A DNA stretch of 63,875 nt, filler included, from 5 parts of 5 records of this genome joined end to end with filler, not necessarily neighbours in it, one strand, 5' to 3'; positions 9,966 to 18,377 are shown, counted from the whole stretch's first letter. The notes: generated from the sequence alone by a model not told the origin. Made by a program: numbers and translations.

Positions 9966-10040
9966 ATTCTGTGATGCGCCGGTGAGGTTGCTTTAAACGA
10001 GCAACGAAGTTGGCGCGTGATGGAATCGAGCAACGAATTT

Positions 10041-10107
10041 CAAATGGCGAGAGCTCCCCGTCCAGCGATGCATTCAGGTGCGTCACGGCGGAGACTCTCG
10101 CCATTTG
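10041..10107 (+). repeat. long imperfect stem-loop between rpmA and obgE
   Basis: CAAATGGCGAGAG (10041-53) pairs perfectly with CTCTCGCCATTTG (10095-107); inner stems CTCC/GGAG, CCGT/ACGG, GATGCA/TGCGTC; followed by TTTT. Confidence 0.8.
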
Positions 10108-10152
10108 TTTTGAGAGCGCCGCGCACGCGCGCTTTAAGGGAGGTGCCCCAAG

Positions 10153-11247
10153 ATGTTTGTCGATGAAGCCACGCTACATATTCAGGCCGGTCGAGGCGGG
10201 GATGGCATGGTCGCCTTCCGACGCGAGAAGTATGTGCCTCGAGGAGGCCCCGCGGGCGGAGATGGCGGCAAAGGCGGCGATGTCGTCTTCGTCGCGACGC
10301 ACAACGCGCACACGCTCGCAGCGTTTCGCCACAAGCGCAACATCAAGGCCGAGAGCGGGAGACCGGGCGGGCCGAACAACATGAGCGGTCGCAGCGGCAA
10401 GGACGAGATCGTGGAGGTCCCCACCGGGACGCTGCTGTTCGACACCGACACCGGCGAGCAAGTCGCGGACTTGACCTATGAGGGTCAGCGCTACATCGCG
10501 GCGCGAGGCGGGGATGGAGGAAGGGGCAACCAACACTTTGCCTCATCGCGCAACCGCGCGCCGAGGAAGGCCACGCCGGGGTATCCTGGCGAGCAGTGCT
10601 CGTTAAAGCTCGAGCTCAAGCTGATCGCTGATGTGGGGCTCGTGGGATATCCCTCGGTCGGGAAGTCAACGCTCGTGGCGGCGCTCTCGAACGCGCAGCC
10701 AAAGATCGCGGCCTACCCCTTCACGACGCTCACGCCAAACCTCGGCGTGGTGCGCTGGCACGACTATCAGGAGTTCGTGATCGCGGACATCCCTGGATTG
10801 ATCGAGGGCGCGCACGAGGGTCAGGGCTTGGGCATCCAGTTTCTGAAGCACGTCGAGCGCACCAATGTGTTGGTGCATGTGCTCGAGGTGACAGAGCAGC
10901 TCGAGGACAACCCGGACGGGCGCGATCCAATAAAGGACTACGAGGTTCTTTGCCACGAGCTCGAGACGTTCAACGCAGATCTACTCGAGAGGCCGCAGCT
11001 CGTCGCGCTGAACAAGGTCGACTTGCCACGCGTCCGGGAGCGCGCGGATGAAATCCGCGCGCACTTCGAGGGTCTGGGGATGGAGTGTTTCGAGATCTCT
11101 GCGGCGGGCCACATCGGCCTCGACGAGCTCAAGGAGCGGCTCGGGCAGTTGGTGCTCGGAGACAAGGTCGAGACCAACGGTGATGATGGGCTGGAGTGGT
11201 GGGAGCGCGAAGACGGCATTCCACCCAAGGTTGGCGAGGAGCAGTGA
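10153..11247 (+). CDS. obgE: GTPase ObgE/CgtA
   Basis: FRREKYVPRGGPAGGDGG, GLVGYPSVGKST, YPFTTL, DIPG, NKVD; follows rplU-rpmA. Confidence 0.97.
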   Translation: MFVDEATLHIQAGRGGDGMVAFRREKYVPRGGPAGGDGGKGGDVVFVATHNAHTLAAFRHKRNIKAESGRPGGPNNMSGRSGKDEIVEVPTGTLLFDTDTGEQVADLTYEGQRYIAARGGDGGRGNQHFASSRNRAPRKATPGYPGEQCSLKLELKLIADVGLVGYPSVGKSTLVAALSNAQPKIAAYPFTTLTPNLGVVRWHDYQEFVIADIPGLIEGAHEGQGLGIQFLKHVERTNVLVHVLEVTEQLEDNPDGRDPIKDYEVLCHELETFNADLLERPQLVALNKVDLPRVRERADEIRAHFEGLGMECFEISAAGHIGLDELKERLGQLVLGDKVETNGDDGLEWWEREDGIPPKVGEEQ

Positions 11248-11261
11248 TCAGAAAGAGGAGG

Positions 11262-11492
11262 TCACCCCTTCTCATCTTCTGATGGTTCGTCTTCGCCTTC
11301 ATCCTCTTCGGTCGTGGCGGCGTCCTCGTTCTGCGAGGACGCGTCAGCGGCGCGGCGCGCACGCTCTCGGCGTGCGCGCTTCTTTTTTGCCTCTTGCGCC
11401 TCGCGCTCCGCGGCGCGGCGTCCCGAGAAGAAGCCCATAAAGAAACCGATCATGATCATGACCGGGATATAGAAGATGTGCGCGGTGTTCAT
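11262..11492 (-). CDS. small membrane-anchored protein (N-terminal TM, basic helix, acidic tail)
   Basis: HIFYIPVMIMIGFFMGFFSG hydrophobic N-terminus; starts 7 bp after the ccmD-like stop. Confidence 0.65.
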   Translation of the reverse strand: MNTAHIFYIPVMIMIGFFMGFFSGRRAAEREAQEAKKKRARRERARRAADASSQNEDAATTEEDEGEDEPSEDEKG

Positions 11493-11498
11493 GAGAGG

Positions 11499-11777
11499 TC
11501 ACTCGGGCTTTTCGGGGAGCGCGTCGAAGTACTTGTCGAGGCGACCCTCGACCTCAGCGAGGTCAGCGATCACGGAAGCCTGCTTGCGGAGCACGAACGC
11601 GACGAACCCGAAGATCAGGACCCAGAGCGCGATATAGGAGATGATCACGAGGACGCCACCGTGGATGGTGGTTTCCTTGGCGGCGGCGGAGTTTTGCGCC
11701 AGCGCGATCGAGGGGAGCAAGCACAAGACAAGGCTTGTGACGAGCGAGGCTGGTAGTTTTGAAAGAAACCGAGGCAT
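11499..11777 (-). CDS. ccmD: CcmD-family heme export protein with N-terminal signal-like extension
   Basis: SYIALWVLIFGFVAFVLRKQ followed by a short coiled coil; directly downstream of ccmC. Confidence 0.65.
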   Translation of the reverse strand: MPRFLSKLPASLVTSLVLCLLPSIALAQNSAAAKETTIHGGVLVIISYIALWVLIFGFVAFVLRKQASVIADLAEVEGRLDKYFDALPEKPE

Positions 11778-11820
11778 CGTAAAACCTGCGACTTTGCGGA
11801 CTTGGAGTGAGAATAAGGCT

Positions 11821-12528
11821 TCAGGCGAACTCTTGAGCGATGGCCAGATCTTCGACTTCGAGGTGAAGCTCCTCGACGCGCAGCTCGAGCAGGCGCGTGC
11901 GAAGCAGCAACCAGTAGAGCGCGGTGAAGAGGAACAGGAAGGCGAGCATGGAGACGCCGAAGGCGGCGCCGATATCGGGGGAGAGCCCCGAGCCCCCTTC
12001 CCGCTCGACGACGGGGTGTTGCCCGCCCCAGTTCTGGATCGAGTAATGGATAAAGGGGATATCGACGCAGGCAAAGACGGCGAGCACGGCGCCGATTTGC
12101 CGGATGGTGTGTGTATCGGGGGAGAGCGATCGCAGCGCCACGTAACCGCCATAGAGCAGAAACAGCACGAAGGTGGCGGTGAGCTGCGGGTCCCAGACCC
12201 AGGGTTTGCCCCATGCCTTGTATCCCCACAGGGGGCCAGAGATCAGGACGAAGATGCAAAAGAGTATCCCCAGATCGGCGCCCGTCCTGGCGGCCACATC
12301 CCAGGCGCGTCGCGGTTTGAGCAAATAAACCAGCGAGGCGACCGAGCAGATGATAAAGCCCGCGTAGCAGGACATCGCCGAGGGGACATGTATGAAGAAG
12401 ATCTTTTGCGAGATCCCCTGCACGGCGTCGACGCCAGCGTAGAAGAAGATGGCGTACATCGCGCCCAGACAAAGGAGCGCGGTGACGGCAGCGAAGAAGG
12501 GGAAGACCCTGTCGATAAACTTGATCAT
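11821..12528 (-). CDS. ccmC: cytochrome c biogenesis heme exporter CcmC
   Basis: IFFIHVPSA, Trp-rich GPLWGYKAWGKPWVWDPQLT, IHYSIQNW...QHP. ATG at 12528 follows GAGGT. Confidence 0.9.
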   Translation of the reverse strand: MIKFIDRVFPFFAAVTALLCLGAMYAIFFYAGVDAVQGISQKIFFIHVPSAMSCYAGFIICSVASLVYLLKPRRAWDVAARTGADLGILFCIFVLISGPLWGYKAWGKPWVWDPQLTATFVLFLLYGGYVALRSLSPDTHTIRQIGAVLAVFACVDIPFIHYSIQNWGGQHPVVEREGGSGLSPDIGAAFGVSMLAFLFLFTALYWLLLRTRLLELRVEELHLEVEDLAIAQEFA

Positions 12529-12648
12529 CGTGTTGACCTCGCGGACAAAAGAACCTGTGGGGAGAGGCTCCAAGCCAGGATGCTTAACACGGGGAACGAG
12601 CGGAGACCAGATGGGATTCCGCACTTCGCATCTGAAGTGGGGGTGTGA

Positions 12649-12678
12649 TTGACGCTTGTTTCATGCGTCTTGTATAGT
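12649..12678 (+). promoter_or_regulatory. sigma70 promoter upstream of the TadA-like ATPase, overlapped by a short inverted repeat
   Basis: TTGACG-N18-TATAGT; GACGC (12651-55) / GCGTC (12665-69). Confidence 0.55.
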
Positions 12679-12783
12679 GAAAGTTAGCCGGAAGTGCCTG
12701 GAAAAAGCGGCTCGGCCAAACCGTGAGCATCAGCGTCACGGTGTGGGAAGGCCTCAAGGTTTCTCAAACAAGGGAAAGGTGCC

Positions 12784-13914
12784 ATGATCCCAAAGGAGAT
12801 CTTCGAACAATCGATCCGTCGATATTTCGAGCCGATCGTGCCTTATCTAGAGGATGACTCGGTCTCCGAGATCATGATCAACGGGCCCAATGATATTTGG
12901 GTCGAGATCAGCGGAAAGCTCCACAAGACCGATGCGTCCTTTCCTGTGGAAGACGACTTGGTCAGCGGCGCGAAGAACATCGCGCAATATGTGGGCAAGA
13001 CGCTCAACGAGCTCAACCCGAGGATGGACGCTCGCCTGCCAGACGGCAGCCGCGTGCACGTCGTGTTGCCGCCCTGCGCGCGCAACGGAGTCACGATCGC
13101 GATTCGCCGCTTCGGCAAGTTCTCGCTGACGATGGAGAAGTTGATGGGCTACGGCTCGATCACGGCCGTCGGCGCGAAGTTCATCAACATCTGTGTCCAG
13201 ATGGAGCGCAACCTGATCGTCGCGGGCGGCACGGGCTCGGGGAAGACCTCGTTGCTCAACTGCATCTCGACGCTGATCAACCCGGACGAGCGCATCCTGG
13301 TGATCGAGGACTCGAGCGAGCTGCAGCTGCAGCAGCCACACGTGGTGATGCTCGAGGCCAGAGGGCCAGACTCGAAGGGGCGCGGCAGGGTCGAGATCGG
13401 CGACCTGTTCCACTCGGCCATGAGGTTGCGCCCTGACCGTATCGTGATCGGCGAGATCCGTGGCGGCGAGGCGCTCTCGCTGCTCCAGGCGATGACCTCG
13501 GGTCATGGCGGGAGTATGTCGACGACGCACGCGACTTATCCCGATGATACGTTGCGACGTCTGGAGACGATGGCGATGATGTCCGAGGTCGAGATGCCGC
13601 TGATGGCGCTTCGCTCTCAGGTCGCCGCCGCCATCCAGATGATCGTGCAGACGTCGCGTTTTAACGACGGCTCTCGCAAGATCACGCACATCGCAGAATG
13701 CCTCGGGCTCGCAGAGAACGGCGAGTACAAGATCTACCCGATCTTCGAATTCCGCCACCGGGGCTATGGCCCGGAGGGCAAGGTCCTGGGGCAACTCGAA
13801 CCTTGCGGCAACGTCCCGACGTTCTTCGACGCTGTGCTCGAGCGTGGCCTGGAGATCGACGAATCCTGGTTCATGCCCCAGCAGCAAGAGCGCCAACCGC
13901 GAAGACGCCGCTAA
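12784..13914 (+). CDS. cpaF: CpaF/TadA-family secretion ATPase
   Basis: SEIMING, DARLPDGSRV, Walker A GGTGSGKT, IEDSSEL, RLRPDRIVIGEIRG, MTSGHGGSMSTTHA. Confidence 0.92.
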   Translation: MIPKEIFEQSIRRYFEPIVPYLEDDSVSEIMINGPNDIWVEISGKLHKTDASFPVEDDLVSGAKNIAQYVGKTLNELNPRMDARLPDGSRVHVVLPPCARNGVTIAIRRFGKFSLTMEKLMGYGSITAVGAKFINICVQMERNLIVAGGTGSGKTSLLNCISTLINPDERILVIEDSSELQLQQPHVVMLEARGPDSKGRGRVEIGDLFHSAMRLRPDRIVIGEIRGGEALSLLQAMTSGHGGSMSTTHATYPDDTLRRLETMAMMSEVEMPLMALRSQVAAAIQMIVQTSRFNDGSRKITHIAECLGLAENGEYKIYPIFEFRHRGYGPEGKVLGQLEPCGNVPTFFDAVLERGLEIDESWFMPQQQERQPRRRR

Positions 13915-13987
13915 GCCTATGGTTTCGCGCTCGCTGGCGAGCGATAACAGCTCGCCCCATTCGCACCTCATGAGGTGGTGACACACC

Positions 13988-16111
13988 ATGTCCGACGATC
14001 GTTTCAAACAAGCACGACGCAGCCTGATGAATCAACAGCAGCGTCAACGCGGTCCTGATCCTCACCAGCAGCAGCAATCCCCTGGTGGGATGGCAGACAG
14101 CGAAGACGCCACAGCGTTGGTCGACATCAACCAGCTACGCAATGGGCCCCCACAGACGCCACCCCCCACCCCTCATCGAGGCGGCGGTCATGGCGGTCCG
14201 GGAGGACCTCCCGGTGGTCATGGTGGTCACGGCGGCCATGGTGGCGGTTACGGCGGTGGTCCATCCTATCCTCCAGCTCAACAGGGAGGCGCCAACTACG
14301 GAGAAGATCCCGAGGAAGCGACCCAGATGGTCGACATCAACAGCTTCCGCAATGGCCCTCCATCGACGCCGGGTGGCGCCCCTCCCCCCACACCTCAGGG
14401 CGGTGGTGGTGGCAACTTCGGCTCACAGCCTCAGTTTGGCGCCGAGCCCGCCGGAGGCAGCAACAGCTCGCTCGTGATCGGTGGCGGCGCAGCGAGCGCC
14501 GAGGAGAGCACGCAGTTTGTCGACATCAACAACCTCGGCGGACCGGGACCAGGACCAGGTCCTGGACCTGGACCTGCGTCATCTGCGGGCCCTGTCGATC
14601 ATGGCGGCAGCTATGAAGGCAGCACGCAGTTTGTCGACCTCAACCAGCTCGCCGCCGGGAACGTCGGGCAAACGCCAGGGATCACCACGCCGGATCAGTC
14701 CACGCCGCAGCAGGACGCGCTCCTCCAGCAGTCGTACCAGTATGGCCACGAGAGCATCCAGCAGTATGGCGACTACACGCTGATCTTCGCGCGCAACCAG
14801 GCAGGCCAGGAGGTCGTCCTCAAGCGCATCTGGGAGGATCACCCCGACACGATGCCCGAGCGCCTGCGCATCAAGCTCTCGGAGCTCGGTCAGGTCTCTC
14901 ACCCGAGCCTCGCGCGCATGAACGGCATGTTCGCCTCGCACTCGGGTTGCTGGGTCGAGCTCGAGCGTCCTTATGGCATGCGCCTGACGCACATCATGCA
15001 GCAAGGCGTCCTCACGCCAGACAAGGTCCTGGAGTGGGCGCCCGCGGTGTTCAACGCGCTCAAGGCCGTGCACAAGAGCAACCACGTCTACAGCAACCTG
15101 ACGAGCGATGCTGTGTGGTTTGACGCTCAGACCGGCGAGACAAAGCTCGAGCCGTTCGACGTCCTCTCGTTCGAGGATCGTGGCAACCTCGGTCCGTTCG
15201 GAGCCCCCGAACTCCACCGAGGCAACCCCGTCCCATCCTCGGACATCTTCTCGTTCGGCATCCTCATCATCAACGCGTTGACGGGCGCGCCAGATCCTGG
15301 TCAGACCGCGAACATCGATAAGAAGAAGCTGCAGAAAGCGCTCGCTTCTCTCGTCGAGTTCGAGCCCAAGAAGCGAGGTAAGCCGGAAGCGGCGCTGCGC
15401 GCTCTGGGCTTTAAAGGCGCCATCGATGACGAGGACAAGTTCGATCGCCGCATCATCTTCCCCGTCGTCGCGCTGGCAGCCATCCTGCTCGTGAGCGTGG
15501 GCGTGTGGACACAGATGTCTGGCAAGAAAGAGGTCGGCATCCCACCACAGGTGAATATCCCCGAGGTCCCAGAGGGACTCGAGACCAAGGCGAACGCACC
15601 TGGCGAGCTCCAGAACGACGAGCGACTCGCCGTCATCTCGAGCTACATCTACTCGCCGCCCGCCAAGAAGCCCTCCTCGACCGTCGAGAAGGAGACGCTG
15701 ACTGACGAGCAGGTCGATGAGATCTTTGACGGGATCGAGAAGTCTCTCGAAAACGCCAAGAAGTACAAAGACAAAGATAAGGATTACAGATCCGCTTTGG
15801 AGGGTTTTGCCCGTGTAGTCCGAGCCAATGGTGGCACTCTCGGCGAGAAGGAGTTGGCGATGCAGAAGAAGCTCTTCGAAGACGAAGGGCTTCAGAAGTG
15901 GCGCTCTGAACAACTCCAACGCATCGAGAAGCGCCTGGTCGAGGAGAAGCAGTTCAAGGCAGCCGCGATCCCTTACCGCAACTTCGTGTTGCTGGATCCC
16001 AACGCCAACGCGCTCGGTTTCTTCGAAACCAACGCCGATGCCGAGATCCTCACCGTGAAACGTTCGGGCGCAGATGCAAAAGAAGAGTCCAACGAAGAAG
16101 AAGAGGAGTAA
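13988..16111 (+). CDS. single-pass membrane Ser/Thr pseudokinase with Pro/Gly-rich N-terminus and extracytoplasmic helical domain
   Basis: Kinase-fold motifs VLKR, HPSLARM, GAPE, SDIFSFG, but catalytic loop reads YSNLTSDAV and the DFG position reads PFD; TM IIFPVVALAAILLVSVGVW. Confidence 0.75.
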   Translation: MSDDRFKQARRSLMNQQQRQRGPDPHQQQQSPGGMADSEDATALVDINQLRNGPPQTPPPTPHRGGGHGGPGGPPGGHGGHGGHGGGYGGGPSYPPAQQGGANYGEDPEEATQMVDINSFRNGPPSTPGGAPPPTPQGGGGGNFGSQPQFGAEPAGGSNSSLVIGGGAASAEESTQFVDINNLGGPGPGPGPGPGPASSAGPVDHGGSYEGSTQFVDLNQLAAGNVGQTPGITTPDQSTPQQDALLQQSYQYGHESIQQYGDYTLIFARNQAGQEVVLKRIWEDHPDTMPERLRIKLSELGQVSHPSLARMNGMFASHSGCWVELERPYGMRLTHIMQQGVLTPDKVLEWAPAVFNALKAVHKSNHVYSNLTSDAVWFDAQTGETKLEPFDVLSFEDRGNLGPFGAPELHRGNPVPSSDIFSFGILIINALTGAPDPGQTANIDKKKLQKALASLVEFEPKKRGKPEAALRALGFKGAIDDEDKFDRRIIFPVVALAAILLVSVGVWTQMSGKKEVGIPPQVNIPEVPEGLETKANAPGELQNDERLAVISSYIYSPPAKKPSSTVEKETLTDEQVDEIFDGIEKSLENAKKYKDKDKDYRSALEGFARVVRANGGTLGEKELAMQKKLFEDEGLQKWRSEQLQRIEKRLVEEKQFKAAAIPYRNFVLLDPNANALGFFETNADAEILTVKRSGADAKEESNEEEEE
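14102..14650 (+). repeat. four dispersed protein repeats E-x-[AS]-T-x-x-V-D-[IL]-N
   Basis: EDATALVDIN (14102), EEATQMVDIN (14312), EESTQFVDIN (14501), EGSTQFVDLN (14615), separated by Gly/Pro spacers. Confidence 0.9.
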
Positions 16112-16114
16112 GCC

Positions 16115-17050
16115 GTGCCTTTGACAACCTCCCCCCGCCCCCTCCACACGCTCGCCATGGTCTTGCTCGCCAGCGCCGCCCTGAGCGCGTGTGGTGGTCA
16201 GCAAAAAGCCGCCGGGCCACCGCCAGATTTCAAGTTCGAGATCGACGTGCGCGTGAGCCTCGACAGCCAGAAGGACAAGGGGGTCTCCGGGATGCCGGTG
16301 CTCCTCGATGGCAAGACTATCGGTTACACCGATCGCGAAGGGAAGTTCCGCGCCTTGCTCACGGACAAGCCAAAGACCGAGGTCACGCTCGCCATTGGCA
16401 AGAACCCCGCGTACAAGTTCGTCCCCAACGAGGAGTACGAAAAGACCGTCCAACTCTCGCTCAAGTACAACAAGGAGCGCACGGGCGTCATCGCAGAGCC
16501 CGTGCAGCTCTTCACCTCGGTCGCCTCGGCCGAGGTCGAGTACCTCGTGTGGGTTTCGGCCGACTGTGACAAGGAGCTCGAGCCGGTCAAGTGCGTCGGC
16601 ATCCCGGTCAAGATGGGCGACAAGGTCGTGGGCACCACAGACACCCAGGGTCGCGCTCACTTTGTCCACGTGGGCACCCCGAACCAAACACTCTCCGTGA
16701 TGCTCGATACGAGCACGCCTGATCTCGAGGGCAACTCCCGCAACATCGAGCCTGCCTCACCGACCTTCGAGGTCGAGCTCGCGAAAGAATCGCAGGTCTA
16801 CAACATCCGCGAGACGTTCACCGAGATCGAGAGCGAAGACAGCAAGAAGAAGACAAAGCGCAGCAAGCGCAAGTCCTCGCGTCGCGCGGCCAAGAAGTCT
16901 CCCCGCAAGAAGTCATCGAGCAAGAAGTCCACGGGCAGCAAGAGCACCAAGAAGACGTCGAGCAAGAAGGTCTCGAGCAAGAAGACAACCCCAAAGAAGA
17001 CCGAGCCCAAATCGTCCGGTTCCAAAGAGGACCCGATTTCGCTCTTCTGA
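16115..17050 (+). CDS. lipoprotein with two beta-rich repeats and a Lys/Ser-rich tail
   Basis: Lipobox LSAC; GMPVLLDGKTIGYTDREG and GIPVKMGDKVVGTTDTQG; polybasic C-terminus; starts 3 bp after the pseudokinase stop. Confidence 0.75.
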   Translation: MPLTTSPRPLHTLAMVLLASAALSACGGQQKAAGPPPDFKFEIDVRVSLDSQKDKGVSGMPVLLDGKTIGYTDREGKFRALLTDKPKTEVTLAIGKNPAYKFVPNEEYEKTVQLSLKYNKERTGVIAEPVQLFTSVASAEVEYLVWVSADCDKELEPVKCVGIPVKMGDKVVGTTDTQGRAHFVHVGTPNQTLSVMLDTSTPDLEGNSRNIEPASPTFEVELAKESQVYNIRETFTEIESEDSKKKTKRSKRKSSRRAAKKSPRKKSSSKKSTGSKSTKKTSSKKVSSKKTTPKKTEPKSSGSKEDPISLF

Positions 17051-17083
17051 ACCGGCGACCACCGTCGCCACGAGAAATTTAAT

Positions 17084-17133
17084 GAGGTGGGCATGAACGA
17101 CAACGGTCAGCCGTTGTCGTTCATGCCCACCTC
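17084..17133. repeat. perfect 23-bp inverted repeat with 4-nt loop
   Basis: GAGGTGGGCATGAACGACAACGG-TCAG-CCGTTGTCGTTCATGCCCACCTC. Confidence 0.95.
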
Positions 17134-17159
17134 GATCCGTTTTTGGAGTCTCGATTTTG

Positions 17160-18203
17160 ATGGATTCGCAGAACATAACCAGGAGACTCGTCGATCGCTT
17201 CGATCGCGAGGTCAACTACCTGCGCATCTCACTCACAGAGCGCTGCAACTTTCGCTGCGTCTACTGTATGCCTGCGCAAGGAGATCCGTTCTCCTCGAAC
17301 CCCGAGCTCCTCGACTGGGACGAGATCACGCGCGCGGTCGCTGTGTTCGCAGCGCGCGGTGTGAAGAAGATCCGGCTCACTGGAGGTGAGCCGCTGGTCC
17401 GCGCTGATGTTCCCGAGCTCGTCGCCAAGCTCAAGGCGCTCGATGGCATCGAACACGTGGCGCTCACGAGCAATGGCTTCCTCCTGCCTCGCTACGCAGA
17501 ACCTCTGGCAGAAGCAGGGCTCGACAGCCTGAACCTGAGCATCGACAGCCTCGACCCGAAGCGTTTTCGCGAGATCACGCGCCACGGCACACTGGAGCGC
17601 GTCCTCGAAGGGATGGCGGCCACAAAAAAAGCAGGCGTCACAAACATCAAGCTCAACGCGGTGGTCGTGCGAGGTCTCAATGATGACGAGGTCGAAGATC
17701 TCGTGCGGTTCGCCGCCAGCCAGGATGTGATCCTGCGCTTTATCGAGGTGATGCCCATCGGTCAGGATACCGTCTGGGGAAAGAATGGCCGAGATGCCTG
17801 TGTGAGCGCCAGAGAGCTGCGCGAGCGCCTCGGGAAGAGCTGGGACATGTCCGCAGACCGCACGCGCTATGGCGCTGGTCCTGCCCGCTACTGGCGCTTG
17901 CTCGGTGAAGGGCTGCCGAGCGACGGCGCGACCGTCGGCATCATCAGCGCCGTGACCGAATGCTTCTGCGAAAACTGCAACCGCCTGCGCATGACCGCCA
18001 CGGGCGGCCTGCGCGCGTGTCTGGCGGATGACCACGAAATCGACCTGCGCGAGATCTTGCGCTCTCCGCTCTCTCACGCCGACCAGGCCCATCTCCTCTC
18101 GAGCGCCATAGACAAGTCACTCGGGGACAAGAAGGAGCGCCACAGCTTCGACCTCGAGGCTGGAGGCGTGACCTTCAAGTCGATGAACGCCATCGGTGGC
18201 TAG
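17160..18203 (+). CDS. moaA: GTP 3',8-cyclase (molybdenum cofactor biosynthesis)
   Basis: YLRISLTERCNFRCVYCMP, KIRLTGGEPL, C-terminal CxxCNRLR...C and MNAIGG terminus. Confidence 0.96.
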   Translation: MDSQNITRRLVDRFDREVNYLRISLTERCNFRCVYCMPAQGDPFSSNPELLDWDEITRAVAVFAARGVKKIRLTGGEPLVRADVPELVAKLKALDGIEHVALTSNGFLLPRYAEPLAEAGLDSLNLSIDSLDPKRFREITRHGTLERVLEGMAATKKAGVTNIKLNAVVVRGLNDDEVEDLVRFAASQDVILRFIEVMPIGQDTVWGKNGRDACVSARELRERLGKSWDMSADRTRYGAGPARYWRLLGEGLPSDGATVGIISAVTECFCENCNRLRMTATGGLRACLADDHEIDLREILRSPLSHADQAHLLSSAIDKSLGDKKERHSFDLEAGGVTFKSMNAIGG

Positions 18204-18277
18204 CGCGCAGCCTTCCGGAACGCCGTCTCCACAGATAGACAACCCTCCCAGACACAAAAAACATGAGTCACCCCGAA

Positions 18278-18377
18278 NNNNNNNNNNNNNNNNNNNNNNN
18301 NNNNNNNNNNNNNNNNNNNNNTTAATTAATTAANNNNNNNNNNNNNNNNNNNNNNNNNNNNNNNNNNNNNNNNNNNN
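18278..18377. other. artificial contig spacer
   Basis: N44-TTAATTAATTAA-N44. Confidence 0.99.

Noticed and set aside
11641-12648. 335-aa acidic plus-strand ORF
   Set aside because: Antisense to ccmC, which has clear family motifs; the acidic composition mirrors hydrophobic codons on the other strand.
17050-17160. Moco riboswitch upstream of moaA
   Set aside because: The region is short and dominated by one perfect palindrome; I do not see the multi-stem Moco RNA layout. A cmscan against Rfam would settle it.
18263-18277. Start of a gene after moaA (MSHPE...)
   Set aside because: Only five codons before the contig break; identity cannot be assigned.
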